Assembly (NCBI GenBank): GCA_002716355.1 | Contig: PBAU01000010.1 | Location: 60,001 to 92,000, forward strand | DNA from: a bacterium | GTDB taxonomy: Bacteria; UBP7; UBA6624 | Direction: 5' to 3' | DNA length: 32,000 bases | Part shown: positions 26,486 through 32,000 of the stretch, one piece after another | Numbering within the stretch: the stretch's first letter is position 1 | Layout of the letters: every line of letters starts with the position of its first letter | Made by a program: the position numbers and the translations under genes | Notes under the pieces: model-generated | The model's input: the letters and a program-made list of their open reading frames with translations, nothing else | Told to the model about the DNA's origin: nothing | Databases searched by the model: none

Positions 26486-27209
26486 ACCTTCTTTCTCTTA
26501 AGTTGAACTCATCAAGGATTCTACAAAACTCATCATTTGAAAAATCAGGCCAAAGGGTATCTGTAAAAAATAATTCCGAATACGCTATATCCCATAAAAG
26601 AAAATTGGATATTCTTTTTTCTCCACCAGTCCTTAGAAGAAGATCAACTTCTGGCAATTCTGAAGAATGCATGTTTTTTTTAAAAAACGAATCATCTAAC
26701 TGTAAAAAATCAAATTTTTCTTTGTCTCTCGAATCATCCATACGCTTAGATCTATCTTGAATAAAATCTTTCAAGATTTTGTTGACAGATTCGATGATTT
26801 CGTTTTTTCCTGAGTAATTTACACAAACAGATAAATTCAAATCAGAATTATTTCTTGTTATGTATTCTGCTTTTTCAATTATTTTGATTAAATTTTCTGG
26901 CAAGTTCTTTTTGTCTCCTATCATCCTGAACCTTATGCCTTCTTTTAAAAGCAAAGGCAATTCCTCAGAAAGTGATTTAACCATTAGGCTAAAAAGGCTA
27001 CTTTTTTCTTTTTCTGGCCTAGCCCAATTTTCAATTGAAAAAGCATAAAGAGTTAACCATTTTATTCCTAAATTTCCACTTTTTTTTATTATTGATCTTG
27101 CAGTTTCAGCACCTTGCTGATGGCCTTGGAACCTATCCATGCCCTTGTTTTCTGCCCATCTACCATTGCCATCCATGATAATAGCCACATGATTAGGAAC
27201 ATTTAACAT
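26472..27209 (-). CDS. uppS: Undecaprenyl diphosphate synthase (cis-prenyltransferase)
   Basis: 245 aa with HVAIIMDGNGRWA, LTLYAFSIENW.RP and LLRTGGEKRISNFLLW. Confidence 0.95.
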   Translation of the reverse strand: MLNVPNHVAIIMDGNGRWAENKGMDRFQGHQQGAETARSIIKKSGNLGIKWLTLYAFSIENWARPEKEKSSLFSLMVKSLSEELPLLLKEGIRFRMIGDKKNLPENLIKIIEKAEYITRNNSDLNLSVCVNYSGKNEIIESVNKILKDFIQDRSKRMDDSRDKEKFDFLQLDDSFFKKNMHSSELPEVDLLLRTGGEKRISNFLLWDIAYSELFFTDTLWPDFSNDEFCRILDEFNLRERRYGNV

Positions 27210-27221
27210 AGATATATCCTA

Positions 27222-27782
27222 TTAATTATTCAGGATACTTTTATTTTTAGATTGATAAATCTCTTCAATCCTTTTCTCTAAAGAGATTCTTATATCATCA
27301 ACTCGATCTTCATTTCTCCTGATCTCATCCTCTCCGAGATCATCCTTTAAGGCTTGGAGAGATGATCTTGCCTCTCTTCTTAAATTTCTTATCTTTATCT
27401 TTGTTTCTTCTGATATCTCTTTAACTCTTTTTGCAAGCTGTATTCTGGTCTCCTGAGTCAAAGGCGGTAATTTCAAAAATATTCTTCCATCATTATGTGA
27501 AACTGAAACGTCTAGATTCTCTCTAATGATTTCTTTTTCGACTTCTTTCCCTATTGATGAATCAAACAAACTTAACATAACCGTCAAAGCATCCTGGATG
27601 GACAAGATGCCTAAATCTTGAAGCTTGAATGAACCTTCCCATGAAGGGACTTCAATCATTACTTTTTCAAATGCAGACACATTGGCTCTTCCTGCATGCA
27701 GTTTCAAATATTCAGAATTAAGGTATTCAATAGCATCCTCTCCTGAAATTTCAAAAAGTTCAATAATGTCTTCTAATTCCAT
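27222..27782 (-). CDS. frr: Ribosome recycling factor
   Basis: 186 aa. RRF pattern (...LHAGRANVS...IRNLRREA...) and the conserved pyrH-frr order. Confidence 0.95.
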   Translation of the reverse strand: MELEDIIELFEISGEDAIEYLNSEYLKLHAGRANVSAFEKVMIEVPSWEGSFKLQDLGILSIQDALTVMLSLFDSSIGKEVEKEIIRENLDVSVSHNDGRIFLKLPPLTQETRIQLAKRVKEISEETKIKIRNLRREARSSLQALKDDLGEDEIRRNEDRVDDIRISLEKRIEEIYQSKNKSILNN

Positions 27783-27783
27783 T

Positions 27784-28497
27784 TTACTTAATCAATGTTC
27801 CTATATCTTTTCCTTTAACAGCCTTGTTCAAGGAATCTTTTTCAAAAATACTAAAAACTCTAATAGGTATTTTATTATCTCTACATATAGATATTGCCGC
27901 AGAATCCATTACCTTGTAATTCTCCATCAAAAACCTTTTGTAGGTTAACGCATCTATATGCTTGGCTTCCGGATTCTTTTTAGGATCATCAGTATAAACA
28001 CCATTAACAGAAGTTGCTTTGATTAAAATCTCACACTTCAACTCAGCTGCCCTTAAAGCTGCGGCTGAATCAGTTGTGAAATATGGATTACCAGTACCGC
28101 AAGCAAGAATAACGATTCTTCCTTTTTGCAAATGTCTCAATGCTCTTCTTCTGATAAATGGCTCTGCAAGCTGTCTCATTTCAACTGCAGTCATAACTCT
28201 AGTTTCTCTTCCAGCATCTTCTAAAAAAGATTGAAAAATCAATGCATTCATAACAGTTGCCAGCATTCCAGCACTATCAGCTGATGCACGTTCAACGCCA
28301 TATTCTGTAGCAGGAGCTCCTCTGAATAAATTTCCTCCACCTATAACTAATGCTAATTCACTATTGCTACATGATTCAACAATTCTTTCAGCTAATTTTT
28401 TTATTTCAGGAAAATCAAAACCAAAATCAGAATGGCCTTGAAAAAATTCGCCAGAGAGTTTAAGTAAAACCCTAGATTTTTTGAGAGACTGTGACAC
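27784..28497 (-). CDS. pyrH: UMP kinase (GTG start)
   Basis: 237 aa with RVLLKLSGEF, VIGGGNLFRG, GTGNPYFTTDSAAALRA and VNGVYTDDP. Overlaps the tsf 3' end by 26 nt. Confidence 0.96.
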   Translation of the reverse strand: MSQSLKKSRVLLKLSGEFFQGHSDFGFDFPEIKKLAERIVESCSNSELALVIGGGNLFRGAPATEYGVERASADSAGMLATVMNALIFQSFLEDAGRETRVMTAVEMRQLAEPFIRRRALRHLQKGRIVILACGTGNPYFTTDSAAALRAAELKCEILIKATSVNGVYTDDPKKNPEAKHIDALTYKRFLMENYKVMDSAAISICRDNKIPIRVFSIFEKDSLNKAVKGKDIGTLIK

Positions 28498-29092
28498 TTC
28501 CTCCAGCTTCCATAAACACGAAAGCTCTCACTTTGATATTTTCTTTTATTACTGCAACCTGAGCCTCGACAGCTTGCTTAACTGTCATTTTTTCCTCAGG
28601 ATCTTTGATCCAAATCTGATCCATGAAGCAATGCTCTGCTTTCCATTTATTGAAACGTCCATCCGCAATTTTTTGCCTAACACTTTCAGGCTTTCCTTCC
28701 TCTTCAGCCTTTTTGAGGAAACCATCAATTAATTCTTTTTTAAAATCTTCAGGCAAAGAGCCTTCATCTAGATAATCAGGCTTGTAAGCAACTACATGCT
28801 TAGCCAGATCATCAGCAAAAGCTATAAAAGCATCTGTTCTTGCAACAAAGTCAGTCTCGCAAGCTAAATCTACAATTGCACAAAGTTTTGGATTTAATGA
28901 GTGGACATAAGAGCCAACACGCCCTTCACCTGTTGACCTGCCATCTTTTGAGCTTGCTATAGCAGCACCCTGGGCACCTATCCATCTTACAGCTTTTTCG
29001 ATATCGCTATCATTTTGGATTGCTGCCTTCTTGCATAAAGACAAACCAGCGCCAGTCCTTTTCCTGATTTCCATTATCACTGTTTTATCCAT
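28472..29092 (-). CDS. tsf: Elongation factor Ts (short ~200-aa form)
   Basis: 206 aa. UBA-like N-terminus (IMEIRKRTGAGLSLCKKA), then GRVGSYVH...CETDFVART. Confidence 0.93.
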   Translation of the reverse strand: MDKTVIMEIRKRTGAGLSLCKKAAIQNDSDIEKAVRWIGAQGAAIASSKDGRSTGEGRVGSYVHSLNPKLCAIVDLACETDFVARTDAFIAFADDLAKHVVAYKPDYLDEGSLPEDFKKELIDGFLKKAEEEGKPESVRQKIADGRFNKWKAEHCFMDQIWIKDPEEKMTVKQAVEAQVAVIKENIKVRAFVFMEAGGSVTVSQKI

Positions 29093-29094
29093 AT

Positions 29095-29850
29095 CTAAAC
29101 CTCTTCTTGATCTTCCAGAGTTTCAATTTCCTCTGCGGGAGTTTTTTTTGCAGCATGTCCATTTTTGACCGCTTCAGCAATTTTGCCTGCGAGTAATGAA
29201 ATACTTCCAACAGCATCATCGTTTCCTGGAATTCCAATAGTTACATGATCAGGATTGCTGTTTGAATCAAGTATAGCAATAATAGGTATTCCGGCTTTCT
29301 TAGCCTCCAAAATAGCTATTCTGTCATGATTAACATCAGAAACAAATAAGCATTGTGGTGGGGATTGAAGATTTAAAGCACCACCAAAAACCCTTTTATT
29401 TCTGTCGATTTTCGTTTTGTATATACCCTTCTCTCTTTTTGTCATCTTTGACATTTTCTCATCAAGCAAGCCTTCTTCAAATTTTCTTAAATTCTCTAAA
29501 GTTGAACTGATTTGATCCCAATTTGTCAAAAAGCCACCTGGCCATCTTCGTGTTAAATGAGGCATATTGCAATCTTCAGCTATATTCTGAATAGATTCCC
29601 TTGCTTGCTTCTTTGTTCCTACAAACAAAATCCTGCCCCCCTCTTGGACTATGTCCATAACGAGATAATACGCTTCCTCTAATTTGGATATAGTTTTGCT
29701 CAAATCAAGAATATGAACACCTTTTCTAACCTGGAAAACATAAGGTTTCATTTTTGGATTCCACATTGCTTTGGGATGACCAAAATGAACACCTGATTCC
29801 AAAAGCTCTCTTCTTGAAATTACTTTTTCACTTGTGTTTTTTTCTACCAT
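29095..29850 (-). CDS. rpsB: 30S ribosomal protein S2
   Basis: 251 aa with LLESGVHFGH, ILFVGTKKQA, RWPGGFLTNW and IPIIAILDSNSNPD. Acidic C-terminal tail. Confidence 0.97.
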   Translation of the reverse strand: MVEKNTSEKVISRRELLESGVHFGHPKAMWNPKMKPYVFQVRKGVHILDLSKTISKLEEAYYLVMDIVQEGGRILFVGTKKQARESIQNIAEDCNMPHLTRRWPGGFLTNWDQISSTLENLRKFEEGLLDEKMSKMTKREKGIYKTKIDRNKRVFGGALNLQSPPQCLFVSDVNHDRIAILEAKKAGIPIIAILDSNSNPDHVTIGIPGNDDAVGSISLLAGKIAEAVKNGHAAKKTPAEEIETLEDQEEV

Positions 29851-29879
29851 AACAAACTAGATATTCTAACGCAATTAAG

Positions 29880-31076
29880 TCAAGGATGTTGTATTTGTGG
29901 CCAATAACCCTTAATGCTAAATAATGTTGAATGATCTGGCCTATGACAAGAGCTGCATGTTTCAAAACTTGCAACAAGCTTGTTTTTGGATGGTTTAATC
30001 GAATGCTGAATTGGGTTTCCCTGATGACAAGCCACACATCCAACATTCACATAAGAATATGAAAGATCTTCATGATTCCAGTTTGTTACATGACAACCTA
30101 CACAATCTGGACGTAATGTCACATCCCTGTCAACAAGAGTTTCCCATGCATGAGCATGTTTTGTATCTTTCCAAACATCATAAGAATCTTGATGACAATT
30201 CATACAAAATTCAGAATTCAAACTTTCCTCTTTATCTATAGGCACCTTGTCTATGAAACCTTTTTTCCTAATAGAAGCTATCATTTCAACAACAGAATTA
30301 TCATCTTTCCATTTCGAGCTCATATAAATTCTTTCAAAAAACATAGAGGAGAGGCTCAAGGATCCAACCTCTTGACCAAAAGGCAATATTGGAGGAGACC
30401 AAATATCAGAAAAAATACCTCTATCTTCCTCAGAATCTCCAATTAAATACATATTTAAGTTATTGCTTTCGCTTATATACTCTGCAATCATTTGATTTGA
30501 TTCAATAGAGCAATCGCTAATCAATATATGTACATTTTCAGAACTTTCAAGATAACCTTTAGGATCTTTGAAATTTTCAACATCTAAACAAAAGCTATTG
30601 TCTTTAGGCACATAGGTAAACCTTACCTGATTTTCATTATCGTCAAAACCAAAAATCACACTTTGCAAATCATTATTACCAGTGTGCAAAAACTTATCTA
30701 CAATAATGTCATACTCCACATGTTGATCAAAAAAAACATGCATGATTTCTGCTGTAACTTCTGGAACCGGATCTTTATGGCTTTCATCATGTTCCCAATT
30801 TCCAAGATCAACCCATATTGAATTTTGATATTTTTTCTTAAGGGAAGCTATTCTTGGCAAACCTCCAGCCATATCTTCTGAACACCCGCAAATATCTATA
30901 AACCCCTTGATGTCTTTTGTGAAAAAAATTCTAGGCTCATCCTTGTCTAAAAATTCAGAATGATCCGCAACTGTTTCTGAATCTGGTAAACCTGTCGAAG
31001 ATTTCTGAGACTGAAAAAGATCACACCCAGCAAAAAGCAAAAAAACAAGAAAAACTGAAAACTTAAACCTCATCAA
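29880..31076 (-). CDS. Lipoprotein tetraheme c-type cytochrome (c554-like multihaem C-terminal domain plus an unassigned ~270-aa N-terminal domain)
   Basis: 398 aa. Signal peptide and lipobox LFAG-C18. Four CXXCH motifs: CMNCH (291-295; nt 30192-30206, verified), CVGCH (325-329), CVACH (347-351), CSSCH (374-378). The ATG overlaps the thiolase stop (ATGA). Confidence 0.85.
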   Translation of the reverse strand: MMRFKFSVFLVFLLFAGCDLFQSQKSSTGLPDSETVADHSEFLDKDEPRIFFTKDIKGFIDICGCSEDMAGGLPRIASLKKKYQNSIWVDLGNWEHDESHKDPVPEVTAEIMHVFFDQHVEYDIIVDKFLHTGNNDLQSVIFGFDDNENQVRFTYVPKDNSFCLDVENFKDPKGYLESSENVHILISDCSIESNQMIAEYISESNNLNMYLIGDSEEDRGIFSDIWSPPILPFGQEVGSLSLSSMFFERIYMSSKWKDDNSVVEMIASIRKKGFIDKVPIDKEESLNSEFCMNCHQDSYDVWKDTKHAHAWETLVDRDVTLRPDCVGCHVTNWNHEDLSYSYVNVGCVACHQGNPIQHSIKPSKNKLVASFETCSSCHRPDHSTLFSIKGYWPQIQHP

Positions 31077-32000
31077 ACCTCAACAATTAAAGATATACCT
31101 TGACCTCCACCAATACACATTGAAATAAGCCCCAAGCCTCCACCATCTAAAATCTTCAATTGTCTCAAGCATGTTAACGTTAGCCTGGAGCCAGTTGCAC
31201 CTAATGGATGTCCGATTGCAGTTGCTCCACCCCATGAGTTAGTAATGTCTCTATTTAACTTCAAACCCTTTTCAACAGCAATGTATTGAGGAACAAATGC
31301 TTCATTTATTTCAACCCTTTTGAGGTCATTAACACTGCAGTCAGCTACGCTTAAAGCTTTTTCACTACTCGGAACAGGCCCATAACCCATCCTGTCCGGC
31401 TTGACGCCTGCATGACCCCAAGAAACCAAACTTCCCATTATTTCTAAATTTTTTCTTTTGGCTGTATCCTCTGTAGTCATCACTAAAGCACATGCTCCAT
31501 CAACCACACCACTAGCAGTTCCTGCTGTTACAGTTCCATTTTCCTTGAAAACAGACCTTAATTTTGCTAATGATTCAAGGTTTGTATTAGCCTTCGGATG
31601 CTCATCATTTTCAATAACTTTTGCACGACTACCCTTACCTACTTCTATTGGTTCTATTTCACCATCAAAATAACCTTGCTTTAAAGCGTTCTGGTATCTC
31701 TCTTGTGTTAAAACTGCAAATTCCTCACACTCTTTTCTTGAAATTGAAAAATCATCTGCTAGATTCTCTGCCGTTATTGCCATTGGTAATTTACAGTATC
31801 CATCTGTCAAACTGTCCCATAAAAAATCTCTCAATTCCAATGAACCCCATTTCTGTCCAGATCTAATACCATGCGTGTAATGAAAAGCTCTACTCATTGA
31901 TTCAGTGCCGCCAACCAAAACCACATCAGCATCTCCTCTTTCCAATAAATACGCTCCCTGAACTATAGATTCTGCCCCTGATCCACATAGTCGATTTACT
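31073..32000 (-). CDS. Acetyl-CoA C-acetyltransferase (thiolase II), 5' end outside the window
   Basis: The frame stays open upstream of the tracked start (an internal TTG) to the window edge, reading ...VNRLCGSGAESIVQGAYLLERGDADVV. NEAF, GHPLGATG and CIGGGQG thiolase motifs are present. Confidence 0.95.
   Translation of the reverse strand, partial: VNRLCGSGAESIVQGAYLLERGDADVVLVGGTESMSRAFHYTHGIRSGQKWGSLELRDFLWDSLTDGYCKLPMAITAENLADDFSISRKECEEFAVLTQERYQNALKQGYFDGEIEPIEVGKGSRAKVIENDEHPKANTNLESLAKLRSVFKENGTVTAGTASGVVDGACALVMTTEDTAKRKNLEIMGSLVSWGHAGVKPDRMGYGPVPSSEKALSVADCSVNDLKRVEINEAFVPQYIAVEKGLKLNRDITNSWGGATAIGHPLGATGSRLTLTCLRQLKILDGGGLGLISMCIGGGQGISLIVEV

Noticed and set aside
29851-29900. TTGACT and TAGAAT hexamers upstream of rpsB as a promoter, and a possible near-leaderless, Shine-Dalgarno-less rpsB mRNA.
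   Set aside because: The two hexamers are only 9 nt apart, so they cannot form a sigma70 -35/-10 pair, and neither has a properly spaced partner. The lack of a purine-rich Shine-Dalgarno is real, but it is too weak to interpret without 5'-end data.
1-32000. Search for CRISPR arrays, IS/transposase or integrase genes, phage genes, toxin-antitoxin pairs, defence islands, inverted or direct long repeats, and pseudogenes.
   Set aside because: I found none. Every ORF of 100 aa or more that is not a shadow frame has a housekeeping assignment, except the ORFan at 17708-18322 and the cytochrome lipoprotein at 29880-31076. The only repeats are the two short in-frame coding repeats in rplK and rplJ. 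The window looks like core genome, not an accessory region.

Overview
This window is core housekeeping DNA from a visibly AT-rich, very gene-dense diderm bacterium (lptB and an lptF/G-type permease are present). I cannot assign a phylum from sequence alone. I call 32 CDS and 3 tRNAs; everything except the first ~600 nt is on the minus strand. Three conserved information-processing clusters lie head to tail. (1) tRNA-Tyr/Gly/Thr-tuf-rpmG-secE-nusG-rplK-rplA-rplJ-rplL-rpoB-rpoC (637-14026). (2) rimP-nusA-infB-rbfA-nrnA (18329-23529). (3) rpsB-tsf-pyrH-frr-uppS-cdsA-rseP (24157-29850). Between and around them are rsmI, lptB plus the permease, an isocitrate/isopropylmalate-family dehydrogenase, one secreted ORFan, a GT2 glycosyltransferase, a tetraheme cytochrome lipoprotein and a thiolase that runs off the window. 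secE and rpmG are missing from the ORF track; I recovered them by hand translation. I see no mobile elements, CRISPR, defence-type genes, pseudogenes or long non-coding stretches, and no evidence of a novel multi-gene system. The points worth a second look are lineage-specific peculiarities of core genes. These are two insertions in beta-prime (one apparently at the rim-helix tip), an L11 C-terminal extension encoded partly by a perfect 9-nt x5 repeat, and a repeated L10 helix segment. Others are the lack of space for the classical ribosomal-protein leader RNAs, a tetraheme lipoprotein with an unusual N-terminal domain, and a signal-peptide ORFan.
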